64,000 nt of DNA. Source: Polyangiaceae bacterium. GTDB lineage: Bacteria > Myxococcota_A > Polyangia > Polyangiales > Polyangiaceae. The DNA lies in the NCBI GenBank assembly GCA_033763455.1, contig JANRKO010000008.1:32001-96000 (forward strand), read 5' to 3'. The first letter of the stretch is position 1. Each line of letters begins with the position of its first letter. The position numbers and the translations under genes are program-made. The notes beneath the pieces are model-generated. The model was not told the origin of the DNA, did no database searches, and saw nothing but the letters and a program-made list of their open reading frames with translations. Shown here piece after piece: positions 1-9,908 of the stretch.

Positions 1-2
1 CC

Positions 3-683
3 GGCATGGCAGCCGAGGCGGAGTTCACCATGTTGGATGAGCAAATCGGCGTTAACTTCGACTACGAGACCGGGCACCACCGTTACAAGGGAACGCCGGT
101 AGAAGTCATTGCGAGCTACCAGAAAGACGCGCTTGACGCCAAGAAGTACTACGACAAGTTGCAGCGCGTTATTGATAACTACGTTTCCCCCGAGTGGACG
201 GTAGCCGCAATTTCCCGCCAGGGCTCACTCTACGACTCGCTCCGCACGGGTCTCTACAATACACGTCCGCCAGCTCTCCAAATGTTCGACAAGAAACAGG
301 AGGCAATGCTGAAGCGGGCTGAGGAAAGCGATAATCCCGACCTCCAGGAAAAGGCGGATGCCGTACGCGTCAAGGTGCAGCAGTCGTGGAGGGATAGGCG
401 TGATCAGGAGTTGGACGGTGCCGATCAGATCATGGTGGATCGCTACGGCAACACGGTGGTGTTGGCACGACGCTACAACGTCTCAAGCGTTGCCGTGACG
501 CGAGCTATTCGGCGCTTGGCTTTCTTCACCGATATCATCGGCGAAGCGAAGATGAAGCAGCACAGCGGCAACGTGAAGGATCTCAACTACACAGATGGTA
601 TGTTCCCTAAGATGCGACCTGGCCAAGTTACGGCGCCCGCACCCAAGGGCATGCCTGAACCCCTACCGGTATACGTCCAATGA
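3..683 (+). CDS. C-terminal part of a large TPR gliding-motility protein (GltD-like), 5' end outside the window
   Basis: Frame is open from the window edge; helical, with an EWTVAAISRQGSLY segment; stop overlaps the next start (ATGA); lies directly upstream of GltE/F/G-like genes. Confidence 0.6.
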   Translation, partial: GMAAEAEFTMLDEQIGVNFDYETGHHRYKGTPVEVIASYQKDALDAKKYYDKLQRVIDNYVSPEWTVAAISRQGSLYDSLRTGLYNTRPPALQMFDKKQEAMLKRAEESDNPDLQEKADAVRVKVQQSWRDRRDQELDGADQIMVDRYGNTVVLARRYNVSSVAVTRAIRRLAFFTDIIGEAKMKQHSGNVKDLNYTDGMFPKMRPGQVTAPAPKGMPEPLPVYVQ

Positions 684-2149
684 TGGGTGAAATAGCCAGA
701 ACGCTTCCAAAGGTGAACGCCCGCAATCGCGCGTGGCGTTCGGTGGAGCGTGCGTTCCTTGTGATTCTCCTCGCGGGGCTCGCCGTAGGTTGCGCCAAGA
801 AGGGGGTCGGCGTGGGGCCCCAGGTAGCACCTGGTCAGCCGCCGCCGGTGCCGGGTGCTCCAGTGATGGGGCCACAAGGTCAGCAGTTTGCCGTTTCGGA
901 CGCACCAACGGGCGGTCCGAGCGCTGTGGAGCGGCCGAAGATGAATGCGGCTGCCGCTCAGGCCTATGCAGCTGGATTGAGCGCCTTTCAAGCTGGAGAT
1001 CTTGCGGGCGCGCAGCTCCAATTCACGAGCGCTACTCAAGCAGATCCACGAGCGTTTCAGGCTTTTTATTCACTTGGAACGGTAAGGGAAAGGCTTTCAA
1101 ATCGCGCTGGCGCCATTTCCGCTTATCGGCAAGCGCTCGCCATCGTGCGGGATTACGAGCCTGCCCTGGTAGGGGTAGCGTTGGCTCAGGCACAGGGTGG
1201 GCAGGAGGCGGAGGCGGAGGCCTTCCTCCAGTCCGCGCGCGCCCAATTCCCGAGTAGCGCGGCTGTGCTCGCGGCATTGGCTGAGGTGAAATCTATCTTG
1301 GGTGATTCTGGTGAGGCACAGAAGCTCGCGCAGGAAGCCCTCAAGAAAAATCCCGACTATCGCCCGGCGATGGTGACGTTGGCTCGCGACCACTACCGCC
1401 GACGTCGGCTGGATTTGGCGTTGTACGCTCTCAAGGGGATTCTTGATGGTTATGGCGACGAAAACCCAGCGCGGGACAAGAACAACGCGGTCGCCCGCCT
1501 CCTGCGTGGACTGATTTACAAGGAGCAAGGCCAGAAAGCTCCCGCGATTGATGAGTTTCGCAAGGCCCTAGAGCTCCGCCCGGATCTCGTTGAGGCACGT
1601 GTGCAGCTCGCTGCGTACCTGCTTGAAGCTGGCAACGCCGTGGACGCGTTGCCACTTCTCGAAGGGGCTCTGCGGTACGACAGTAACAACGTTCTTGCTC
1701 ACTTGAATCTTGGGGATGCGTATCGGCTTCTTGGTCGCCCTCAGGATGCCAAGCGTGAGCTTGAATGGGTCGCAAAGAAGGACCCTTCGCTTCCCCAGGT
1801 GCACTACAATCTTGGGCTGCTATATCTCTTTTCCGATAACATTCCCGGCGTTAGCGCCGAGCAGGCGTCGGACATGGCGATCGATGCACTCCAGAAGTTT
1901 CAGCAGATGAGGCCGCGTGGCGGCGGCGGACGTGCCGACGACACCGAGGAGTTGATCACTCGAGCCAAGACCAAGAAGGCTTTGATCGAGGCACAAAAGG
2001 CCGACGCCGCAGCAGCGAGTGCCCCCGAAGCGGCACCTGCGGCAGGCGCCCCAGCCGCCCCGGCCCCAGCAGCGGGCGCGACGCCCGCACCTGCGGCCCC
2101 CGCGGGAGCCGCAGCGTTTCCCACAGCACCCGAAGGAGCAGCAAAGTGA
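680..2149 (+). CDS. TPR-repeat lipoprotein, GltE/AglT-like
   Basis: Lipobox LAVGC, multiple TPR repeats (e.g. AHLNLGDAYRLLG, VHYNLGLLY), Ala/Pro-rich tail; glt gene order. Confidence 0.75.
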   Translation: MMGEIARTLPKVNARNRAWRSVERAFLVILLAGLAVGCAKKGVGVGPQVAPGQPPPVPGAPVMGPQGQQFAVSDAPTGGPSAVERPKMNAAAAQAYAAGLSAFQAGDLAGAQLQFTSATQADPRAFQAFYSLGTVRERLSNRAGAISAYRQALAIVRDYEPALVGVALAQAQGGQEAEAEAFLQSARAQFPSSAAVLAALAEVKSILGDSGEAQKLAQEALKKNPDYRPAMVTLARDHYRRRRLDLALYALKGILDGYGDENPARDKNNAVARLLRGLIYKEQGQKAPAIDEFRKALELRPDLVEARVQLAAYLLEAGNAVDALPLLEGALRYDSNNVLAHLNLGDAYRLLGRPQDAKRELEWVAKKDPSLPQVHYNLGLLYLFSDNIPGVSAEQASDMAIDALQKFQQMRPRGGGGRADDTEELITRAKTKKALIEAQKADAAAASAPEAAPAAGAPAAPAPAAGATPAPAAPAGAAAFPTAPEGAAK

Positions 2150-2388
2150 CCAGAGGTTTCTACGTTGTTGGTTTAGGAGTCTTGGGCTTGTTGCTGTTCC
2201 CCGGCGGCGCGAGTGCACAAGGAAAGAGTCGCGTCGTGACAATTAGCGAAGTTACGATTGTTGGTCGCGTGCAGAAACCGATCGCTGCTGTTGATGTGAG
2301 CAGGATTCAGCCGAAGCTGACGCTGGCAGAGCTCAAGCAGCCCTTTTTAGAGCGGATAGAAGAAGCCTTGTATTCGGAGCCGTTCTGA
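2146..2388 (+). CDS. Small secreted gliding-motility protein, GltF/CglF-like
   Basis: Signal peptide, then EVTIVGRVQKP...LKQPFLERIEEALYSEPF, typical of GltF homologues; GTGA overlap with the upstream gene. Confidence 0.7.
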   Translation: MTRGFYVVGLGVLGLLLFPGGASAQGKSRVVTISEVTIVGRVQKPIAAVDVSRIQPKLTLAELKQPFLERIEEALYSEPF

Positions 2389-2417
2389 GTTCTCGATTTC
2401 ACTGAGCCGCGTCGGGG

Positions 2418-2984
2418 TTGTCGGAAGTGATAGCCGCAACCGTGAGTTCACTGTGTGCCTTGGCTGCGCTTGCATTTTCGATTCGTAGTGTACGTCTTCT
2501 TGATGTGGCGGACGGAGCGGAGGAAGTTGCTCTGCTGCTAAGAAGAAACACCGGCAGCGCTTCAACGGCTCTAGGGGCTCGCGTGGGCGAAGCGGCAGAG
2601 TTAGCGGTTCGTGTGCTCCAGGCGCCTACGTCCGAAGTTGCTCGCGCCGAATTACGCGAGGCCCTCTTAGGGGTGGCCGCGCTTAAGCACCTGAGGCAAT
2701 TACCCAAAGCCGGAGGTCGCGTTGGGCTTACCGTAGGCACGCTTGGAGCAGTTATCGAAATCGCCCAAGGGCTCCCCGACCTCGGGGGTCCGACGATCTG
2801 GGCGAGCGTGGCATTTGGCACCGGCCTTTGTGTGTGGATGGCCTCCAACATGGTGGGCCAGAGGGCGCAGACAGCGTTGCACGCACGCCTTCGTGCGTGG
2901 TCCGAACTACATCGTGTTTTGGAGATCCATATATCGGGCCAATGGCCGGAAAATTTACCCCGCAACAACAGCCCCCAGGCATAG
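2418..2984 (+). CDS. Hypothetical membrane protein with a possible degenerate MotA/TolQ/ExbB-like layout
   Basis: One N-terminal TM, a helical loop and two C-terminal TMs (VGLTVGTLGAVI; AFGTGLCVW). Confidence 0.45.
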   Translation: MSEVIAATVSSLCALAALAFSIRSVRLLDVADGAEEVALLLRRNTGSASTALGARVGEAAELAVRVLQAPTSEVARAELREALLGVAALKHLRQLPKAGGRVGLTVGTLGAVIEIAQGLPDLGGPTIWASVAFGTGLCVWMASNMVGQRAQTALHARLRAWSELHRVLEIHISGQWPENLPRNNSPQA

Positions 2985-3120
2985 TGGATTCTTCTACCCT
3001 GCCTCGGTATCCTTCCCGGCTAGCCAGACCTCCGGCTAAGGCGGGGCCCACTTTGGGCCGTCATGAAGCAGTCAGCACGCCCTTTCTCGGTCACGACCAT
3101 TTCGAACTGTGAGTTGAAGA

Positions 3121-4524
3121 ATGACGCAACCCCCCAATCAACAGCCAGGCTCGCCCCAACAACGCCCCGGACAAATGACCGCGGTCATGCGAGCCGTTGC
3201 CGCATCGGGTCCAAAGGTGCTTCGCATCGGCATGGTCCACCGCGGAAGGGTCGTCGAAGAGCGCATCATCAAACAGCGTGGCCACGTTACGGTGGGGCCG
3301 AGCGAAAAGAACGTGTTCGTGGTTGCCGCTCCGAACATAGCAGCAAGCTTTCGCTTGTTTGAGATCGTCGGCACTGATTACTGCTTGAATTTCACCGAGG
3401 GGATGAGCGGCCGTGTTGCGCTGCCCACAGGTATCTCGGACCTCGCAGCGCTGAAAGGCCAAGCAAAAAAGGGAGCTCAAGGTGCCTACCAGATCCGCCT
3501 CACGGAGGATTCTCGAGGCAAGGTTGTCGTTGGTGACACCACCTTTCTTTTTCAATTCGTTGCTCCTCCACCGATTCAACCAAAGCCACAGCTGCCAGTG
3601 GCGGTTACGCGCGGCACGAGTTCGATCGACTGGGGCACCACGATCATTGCAGCGTTTTCTTTTCTGCTTCACTTCCTCGCCATAGGCTCGCTCTATTCCG
3701 ACTGGCTCGATCCTGTCATCGACGACGAAGTGAACGTGGCAAGCCTGATCGATTCGGTCAAAGCCCTACCGCCGCCTCCACCCGTGGAGGAGAAGCCCGC
3801 GGAAACCACCGACGCGAAAGATACGAAAGCACCAGAGGAGAAGGCTCCAGCAAAGCCTTCGCCGCAGCAGAGCTCTGATAAGCCTGCGGGTAAGCTCAGT
3901 GAGAAGCAGGCCGCGGCTCTGACGCAGGATCTAGATCAACTCGAGATGGCCACCCTCGGGGCTCTTACTAGCGCGGGGCCTGCTACCGCGGGCGTGCTTC
4001 GTGCCGGGGAAGTCGCGACGAGCGCACTCGATCAAGCCGCTGCGAGTAGCGCTGGCGTTGGTGCGAGCGGGGGAGATCTTAAGATCGGTGGAGGTGGGGG
4101 CGCTCTGCGGCCGGGTCAGACTGGGGGCGGTCTCGGTAGCATCGGTGCAACAACCGCCGGTGGCGGCGGAACGGGTAAGGCAGCTGCCGTATCGGGTCCG
4201 AAGGGGAATGCGTCGGTGGGCGGGGCCAATGTTAGTGGAGGTAGTGTGAGCAATGCGGCCCGAACCGTTGCGGGGATGCGCGCTGGTTTCCGGGCTTGCT
4301 ATCAGCGAGGTCTCAGCGAAAACCCTGACGCCTCCGGCAGCATTGGTCTCACGATTCGTGTCGGACCCGGTGGAGAAGTTATCAGCGTATCCGCGAAGCC
4401 ATCCGGAACCATCCCTGCGTCGGTGGTGGCCTGTGTTCAATCACGCGCCAAATCCGCCCAGTTCTCACCTCCTGACGGCGGCTCAGCCGTAGTCGTCGTG
4501 CCCGTGACATTTGTGAAGCAGTAA
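3121..4524 (+). CDS. GltG-like protein: cytoplasmic beta domain, TM, Pro/Gly-rich linker, TonB-C/AgmX-PglI C-terminal domain
   Basis: KVLRIG...VVEERII N-terminus, single TM, FRACYQRGLSENP...VVACV...FSPP...VVVPVTFV C-terminus. Confidence 0.8.
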   Translation: MTQPPNQQPGSPQQRPGQMTAVMRAVAASGPKVLRIGMVHRGRVVEERIIKQRGHVTVGPSEKNVFVVAAPNIAASFRLFEIVGTDYCLNFTEGMSGRVALPTGISDLAALKGQAKKGAQGAYQIRLTEDSRGKVVVGDTTFLFQFVAPPPIQPKPQLPVAVTRGTSSIDWGTTIIAAFSFLLHFLAIGSLYSDWLDPVIDDEVNVASLIDSVKALPPPPPVEEKPAETTDAKDTKAPEEKAPAKPSPQQSSDKPAGKLSEKQAAALTQDLDQLEMATLGALTSAGPATAGVLRAGEVATSALDQAAASSAGVGASGGDLKIGGGGGALRPGQTGGGLGSIGATTAGGGGTGKAAAVSGPKGNASVGGANVSGGSVSNAARTVAGMRAGFRACYQRGLSENPDASGSIGLTIRVGPGGEVISVSAKPSGTIPASVVACVQSRAKSAQFSPPDGGSAVVVVPVTFVKQ

Positions 4525-4715
4525 TAAGTAGGTGAGTTACTGAATGGATCAGGCCCTGCGAGCACCCGAACATGAATGCCCCGTGGCTCGTTGGCTCGTC
4601 GGCTCGCGCCCTGGTTCGGTCCTTACTCGGCCGCCGATACGGAAGATTGTCCACGGCTCGACGAACTCAAGGTTCCGGCCGGCCGTCGTTTCAGTAAGAA
4701 TCCTCAAGGGTTACG

Positions 4716-4745
4716 TTGACAGCCGTTTGTTCAGTTTCCTATACT
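4716..4745 (+). promoter_or_regulatory. Sigma70-type promoter
   Basis: TTGACA (4716-4721), 18 bp, TATACT (4740-4745), upstream of a GAGG RBS and the ATG at 4783. Confidence 0.7.
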
Positions 4746-4782
4746 TTCAATTGTTCATCGTTAGGGTGTAAGGCAGAGGTGT

Positions 4783-5376
4783 ATGGGCAAAGCGCATAAG
4801 GGTTGGTCGTTTGGGTTGGGGGTTTCGGCTGTGCTCGTCCTTGGGGGCGCGTCCGCGCAATCCGCGCTGGCGCCGCATCCCGTGCTTCCCCAGGCTAGCG
4901 TCCGGGCATCGGCCCCGGATGCTGACCTTACACCTGAGCAAATGATGAGCGAAGCGAACGGGTACTTCCCGCAGATGGATCAAGGAGCTTCCAGCGTCCG
5001 GCGTCAGCTCAGTACCGCTCGCGAGCAGCGCGATGTGGTCAAGGTCCTATGTCTTAACGACAAGTTAACGCAAATCAATGTTGCCGTACGCTCGGCTCAG
5101 GATCGTGGCACTTCACTGAGAGCGGCTGTGTCGCGTGGCGATAAAGAACGTTCCCGGCATGAGTTCACTGTGCTGAAGGTGCTTAAGGATCGCGTCCGCA
5201 CCTTGGTTTCGGAATCCAATCAGTGCATTGGGGAAGAAGTCGGGTTTGTCGGCGAGTCTAATGTGACCGCCAATATTGATCCCAACATTCCCGACATCGA
5301 CCCGGGGGGACCCGGGATGTCGGGCGGCGCAATCCCAACCCCACCAACGCCAGTTGTCAGTAGCCCCATTCAGTAG
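4783..5376 (+). CDS. Secreted alpha-helical hypothetical protein
   Basis: Signal peptide, coiled-coil body with two Cys (VLCLNDKL, NQCIGEE), Pro-rich tail. Confidence 0.7.
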   Translation: MGKAHKGWSFGLGVSAVLVLGGASAQSALAPHPVLPQASVRASAPDADLTPEQMMSEANGYFPQMDQGASSVRRQLSTAREQRDVVKVLCLNDKLTQINVAVRSAQDRGTSLRAAVSRGDKERSRHEFTVLKVLKDRVRTLVSESNQCIGEEVGFVGESNVTANIDPNIPDIDPGGPGMSGGAIPTPPTPVVSSPIQ

Positions 5377-5414
5377 TTCTCCTTTGACTAGAGGCCGGCT
5401 GGCCTCACGGAATC

Positions 5415-6770
5415 ATGAAGTACTTTCTTGTCCTCGCGGCAGTTCTTGCTGCAGCAACAACCCTTGAGCAGGCATCCGCACAGCAGCCGTGGATTGCGGA
5501 TCGCCGCTATGGGGAGGGCATTGGGATTCGCACCGGAGATCTTGAGGTGCATCCCGGTATTTCGGGTGAGTTCGGGTATGATTCCAACTATTTCCAGCGC
5601 GCACCGGAAGAAGATGTCACCGGCGCCTTGCGCTTGCGAATCTCTCCCCACTTGAACTTGTCCACGCTCGGGGCCCAGCGGCGCGGGGCTGGTGGTGGTA
5701 CTGGGGCCCCGCCGACTGTTAGCTTTCAGGGCGGCCTTTCTGCTTCGTACAACGAGTTTTTCGCGACCGACTCCAAGTATTCGAGCGATGTATCCCAACA
5801 GAGAAACCTCGAGGGTGGAGCCAATCTGAAGTTGGATATCCTGCCGGAGCGTCCGTGGGGCGGGGACATTCACGCGGGTTTTACGCGCGCAGTTGACCCA
5901 TCAAATTCTGCGATTCTTGATAGTTCGTTCGATCGGGATACGTTGGTGGTGGGCCCCGGGGTGAGCTGGCGCCCGGGCGGCGGCATGTTCGAGTGGCGCT
6001 TTGGCTACCGGTACACGTACAACATGTTTGAGCGTCAGGCCTACAAGAACCTGAACAACTCAATTCACCAGCTTGAAACCAGCGGTCGCTGGCGATTCTT
6101 TCCGCGCACAGCCGTTCTCTATGATGGGCATTATGCGTTTGCGAATTACGCCAACTCGACAACGCAGAACAACAGCGAATCGCTTCGCGCTCGGATGGGT
6201 CTCAACGGGCTCATTACGAACCGGTTCTCGTTGATGGGCATGCTCGGTTGGGCCCAGAGCTACTATGAACGAACCGTTGCGCCTCCGCAGAATTACGACA
6301 ACTTGATCGCCGTGGGGGAGCTCAGGTGGTTCCTATTGCCGCGCGCCACACTAGATCCGACCGCTGCCACGATTGGCCTTTCCTCGATTGCAGCGGGCTA
6401 CACGCGCGATTTTCGCGGCAGCTATCTCGGTGATTTTTCGCAGACCGATCGCGGTTATCTCTCGGTGGAGTACTTTGCTGCCGGCACGGTGCTGCTGTCG
6501 CTCCAGGGGGGCGTCGCGCAGGTGGGTTACCCTCAGAGCTTTGGTCCAGGCGGCGCTCCGCTTAACGCCTCGTTCTCTGAAACTCGGGTGGATGCAAGCT
6601 TGTTCGGTGAATACCGCTTGAGCGATTCCATAGCAGTCAACGGTACCCTACGGTACGACGCCAACCTTTCTGACTCCCGGGTGCGTACCAGCCTCACAGA
6701 CCCTAACGCTACGGATAATCTCAAGTTTAGTCGTTTGCAGGCGTGGGCTGGCTTGCGCTGGTTCATGTAG
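5415..6770 (+). CDS. Outer-membrane beta-barrel protein, probable polysaccharide-export porin (EpsX/Wzp-type)
   Basis: Signal peptide, amphipathic strands, aromatic C-terminus (AGLRWFM); directly upstream of the OPX gene. Confidence 0.75.
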   Translation: MKYFLVLAAVLAAATTLEQASAQQPWIADRRYGEGIGIRTGDLEVHPGISGEFGYDSNYFQRAPEEDVTGALRLRISPHLNLSTLGAQRRGAGGGTGAPPTVSFQGGLSASYNEFFATDSKYSSDVSQQRNLEGGANLKLDILPERPWGGDIHAGFTRAVDPSNSAILDSSFDRDTLVVGPGVSWRPGGGMFEWRFGYRYTYNMFERQAYKNLNNSIHQLETSGRWRFFPRTAVLYDGHYAFANYANSTTQNNSESLRARMGLNGLITNRFSLMGMLGWAQSYYERTVAPPQNYDNLIAVGELRWFLLPRATLDPTAATIGLSSIAAGYTRDFRGSYLGDFSQTDRGYLSVEYFAAGTVLLSLQGGVAQVGYPQSFGPGGAPLNASFSETRVDASLFGEYRLSDSIAVNGTLRYDANLSDSRVRTSLTDPNATDNLKFSRLQAWAGLRWFM

Positions 6771-6829
6771 CGATAGTTCTTGGGCCAAGCGCTCCCGTTC
6801 TGGGGCACTATCTGCTACGAGAGGCTTTG

Positions 6830-7435
6830 ATGTCGCTCTTCTTCCAGCGTCTACTGATCTGTACGCTATGCCTTCTAAGTTGCGCTGTCGGGTGTTCTGC
6901 TCACTCGGATAACGCAAGCGTCCGCCTGCCCGATCCCGTCGAGAGCTCAACGCTTGGGCCAGGGGACGTATTTCGGATGGAAATCGTCGGGGAGAAGGAT
7001 TTGCCTCAGGAGTACCAAGTGGCCTCCGACGGCAGCGTTGATCTGCCCTACCTCCACACCGTCATGGTCAGCGGATTGGAGCCACAAGTGGTGGCACGTT
7101 TGGTTCGTAAGCTTCTCATTGAGCAGAAGTTTCTGACGGATCCGAGCGTCATCGTTTCGGTGAAGGAATACAACAGCAAACGGGTTACGGTGCTAGGTCA
7201 GGTCCAAAAGCCTGGAAGCTTTCCGCTTACGCCTGGGCTCACTCTCATCCAGGCCATCTCGTTGGCTGGCGGCTTCAATTCCATTGCCGCGGGTGATCAG
7301 GTGAATCTTACTCGCAAGACCAAGTCTGGGTCGAAAACAGTGGTCGTTAGCATCGACGCCATCACGGACGGCCGGGCACAGGATATTCCGCTTCAAGCGA
7401 GCGACCAGATATTCGTGCGCGAGCGTGTTTTCTAA
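6830..7435 (+). CDS. Short periplasmic polysaccharide export protein (OPX/Wza family, Poly_export plus SLBB)
   Basis: LGPGDVF...DGSVDLPYL, VTVLGQVQKPG, AISLAGGF; no C-terminal outer-membrane helix; GAGG RBS before the ATG at 6830. Confidence 0.9.
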   Translation: MSLFFQRLLICTLCLLSCAVGCSAHSDNASVRLPDPVESSTLGPGDVFRMEIVGEKDLPQEYQVASDGSVDLPYLHTVMVSGLEPQVVARLVRKLLIEQKFLTDPSVIVSVKEYNSKRVTVLGQVQKPGSFPLTPGLTLIQAISLAGGFNSIAAGDQVNLTRKTKSGSKTVVVSIDAITDGRAQDIPLQASDQIFVRERVF

Positions 7436-7476
7436 CTCGCGTATTTCATCAAAAAGCGGTTCGGGTAAGTGGTGAT

Positions 7477-8097
7477 GTGGTGTTGATCTCAGACCAATTC
7501 CCTCTCCTGCTTGGCTCAGCCTCGCCTCGGCGTCGCGATCTGCTTTCAGGGTTGGGGCTGCCAATTCGCGTTTTCCCTCGTGACATCGACGAATCCGTGC
7601 GGGCTGGAGAGGGAGCGATGGCTTATTTGGAGCGTATCGTAGAAGCCAAGCAGGTCGCCGTTTGGAATGAGTTCAGCACTGAGCCTGAGCCGCCTTTTAC
7701 AGCGATCCTAGTGGCGGACACCGTGGTGGTGCTGGATGAGCAAATCCTGGGTAAGCCCACCGACATAGCGCACGCTTTTTTGCTTCTACAGAAACTTGCG
7801 GGCAGAACGCACCGAGTCATGACTCGTTTCGTGCTTCGCGATCGAAACCCCCTGGGCCCGAAAATCGGGCACACCGTGACCACTGAAGTAACGCTCGCCA
7901 ATCCCGGTGAAACTTGCCTCCGGCGCTACGCAGCGACCGGAGAGGGGCTCGACAAAGCTGGAGCTTATGCGGCGCAGGGCATCGGTGCTTTTTTGGTGGA
8001 GCGCCTGGTCGGTTCCTACACGAACGTTGTGGGCCTGCCAGTGAGCCACGTCGTTGAGGCATTGGTGAGTGCTGGCTGGTTGAAAGATTTCCCGTGA
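7477..8097 (+). CDS. maf: Maf family nucleotide pyrophosphatase
   Basis: LGSASPRRRDLL, ADTVV, ILGKP, DKAGAYAAQG, NVVGLP. Confidence 0.95.
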   Translation: MVLISDQFPLLLGSASPRRRDLLSGLGLPIRVFPRDIDESVRAGEGAMAYLERIVEAKQVAVWNEFSTEPEPPFTAILVADTVVVLDEQILGKPTDIAHAFLLLQKLAGRTHRVMTRFVLRDRNPLGPKIGHTVTTEVTLANPGETCLRRYAATGEGLDKAGAYAAQGIGAFLVERLVGSYTNVVGLPVSHVVEALVSAGWLKDFP

Positions 8098-9542
8098 CGA
8101 ACTCTGGGGTAGAGGCTCCGAGCTCGCTGCGTGAGTCGAACCAAGAGACGCTTGCTGGTGCTCCCGAGCAATGGTCAGTACGCGATCCTTCGAGCGGCTG
8201 GGGGCAGGCATGCCTTCTCGCCGCGCTTGGCTTAGCGCTTCGACTGGCGATCGCCATTTGGGGCAGCGCCAGATTCCCTCCGAGCGATGATGGCAGCTTC
8301 TACCACGTGGTAGCCCAGCGCATTGCTCAAGGCTTCGGCTACACCTGGCTTTGGCCTGATGGCAGCGTCACTTACGCTGCTCACTATCCGGTGGGCTACC
8401 CCGGGATGGTCGGAGCAGCTTACGCTGTGTTTGGGCATCTCCCACTTGTGGCGATGTGTCTCAACGCGTGTGTCGGCGCGTTGGGTGTGCTTGCCGTTCA
8501 TCGACTGCTGCATGCTGAAGCCAACTCCCGCGTTGCCTGGATCGGAGGGCTGGCGGTAGCGCTCAATCCGACGCTACTTTTTTATACCCCTGCGCTCATG
8601 ACGGAAGGTGTTGTGGCGGCGGGCCTGGCGTTGCTGGCCTGGGCGTGCGTTCCGCGCGCGGACCTTCGTGGGCTCTGGCTTTGGTTGCTAACCGTGGGGA
8701 GCTTGGGCGGCCTTTTGACCCTTCTTCGCCCCCAAAGCCTACTGCTGGTGGCAGCGCTTGCGTTCGTGAGCGCTCACCGCGAACGCTGGTTTCTTCGCGC
8801 CGGGCGGGCTCTCGCGGTAACGATCATCGCATGTGCGGTCTGCTTGCCCTGGACGCTCCGCAATTGCGAACGGCTTGAACGCTGCGTGTTGGTCAGCGCG
8901 AACGGGGGGTGGAATCTCCTCATTGGAACCTCGGAGAAAGCGCAAGGCGGATGGATTTCTGTTGACGAAATGGGCGTTCCGGAGAAGTGCAGGAACGTGT
9001 TTCAGGAGGCGCACAAGGACGCTTGCTTTGGGCACGCGGGAGTAACACGGATCCTGCAAGATCCGATTGCTTGGCTGCGCCTCGTTCCGAGCAAGCTGGG
9101 GAATACGTTCAACTACGCCACGCCCGCCGCCTATTACCTTGGGGCGGCGAATTCGAATGCCTTTCCTGAAGCGCCCCGCACCTGGCTGGGTGCAGCAGAG
9201 CTTCTCTCGACTCGCTTGGCCACGGGGGCGGCACTCATGGCTTGCGGGCGTCGCCGAATTTCCGGCCGCAAATGGCGATGGTGGCTCATGTTGGGTGGGG
9301 TCTTGGCTCTGGTCACCCCTTGGGCTTGGCTTAGCTTTGTCTGCCTAGCCATCTTGGGTCTTTTCTCGGGGTCCACTGTCGGGCGTTTTGCTGGTGCCAC
9401 TGTTGCGGTCACCGCCCTGACCCACGCCGTGTTCTTTGGGGCCTCTCGGTATGCGTTGGTTTGTCTTCCGCTGCTGATTGCCCTGGCTGCCCAAGTTTTG
9501 CGCTCCAAGGACGCCGAATCGCCCCGACAGTTGGTCAGTTGA
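8094..9542 (+). CDS. Integral-membrane glycosyltransferase (GT-C, ArnT/PMT-like)
   Basis: Multi-TM; SDDGSFY acidic loop, PVGYP, MTEG, LRP, PWTLRN. Confidence 0.7.
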   Translation: MTNSGVEAPSSLRESNQETLAGAPEQWSVRDPSSGWGQACLLAALGLALRLAIAIWGSARFPPSDDGSFYHVVAQRIAQGFGYTWLWPDGSVTYAAHYPVGYPGMVGAAYAVFGHLPLVAMCLNACVGALGVLAVHRLLHAEANSRVAWIGGLAVALNPTLLFYTPALMTEGVVAAGLALLAWACVPRADLRGLWLWLLTVGSLGGLLTLLRPQSLLLVAALAFVSAHRERWFLRAGRALAVTIIACAVCLPWTLRNCERLERCVLVSANGGWNLLIGTSEKAQGGWISVDEMGVPEKCRNVFQEAHKDACFGHAGVTRILQDPIAWLRLVPSKLGNTFNYATPAAYYLGAANSNAFPEAPRTWLGAAELLSTRLATGAALMACGRRRISGRKWRWWLMLGGVLALVTPWAWLSFVCLAILGLFSGSTVGRFAGATVAVTALTHAVFFGASRYALVCLPLLIALAAQVLRSKDAESPRQLVS

Positions 9543-9584
9543 CTCATGGTTTTCGACTTCTTGCTTGAAGTGCCCAAGGTCTTT

Positions 9585-9614
9585 TTGACAGACCGGTGCG
9601 TCGCGAGCGATACT
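9585..9614 (+). promoter_or_regulatory. Putative sigma70 promoter of the romX-like gene
   Basis: TTGACA, 18 bp, GATACT, followed by an AAGGAG RBS. Confidence 0.5.
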
Positions 9615-9635
9615 ACCCGTTAGAAGGAGAGCCAG

Positions 9636-9899
9636 ATGCCGCTTATCGAAACCGAAGAAGGTGCACGTCGTCTCGCCCGCGCTATTGCGAGTGACCTCTC
9701 GCTCTACAACGAGGAAAAGATCATTCGCGGCATCGAGACAGATAGCCTGTTTGAAGAACTCAACGAAGAAATCCAAGAGGGGCGCGCCCTCTACAAGAGC
9801 CGTGTGTCTCCGGATCTCTACCGAAAGAATTTTTACGACCGCGCACTCGTGGATATTCTCGTGAAGTCCAAAGGGCACATAAAGAGCAAGCTTTGGTGA
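9636..9899 (+). CDS. romX: RomX-like polarity protein (partner of RomR in MglA GEF activity)
   Basis: 87 aa with RLARAIASDLSLYNEEKII...EGRALYKSRVS...HIKSKLW, recalled as very close to Myxococcus RomX; followed by an RluA-family gene. Confidence 0.8.
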   Translation: MPLIETEEGARRLARAIASDLSLYNEEKIIRGIETDSLFEELNEEIQEGRALYKSRVSPDLYRKNFYDRALVDILVKSKGHIKSKLW

Positions 9900-9908
9900 A
9901 GAGTCTGT

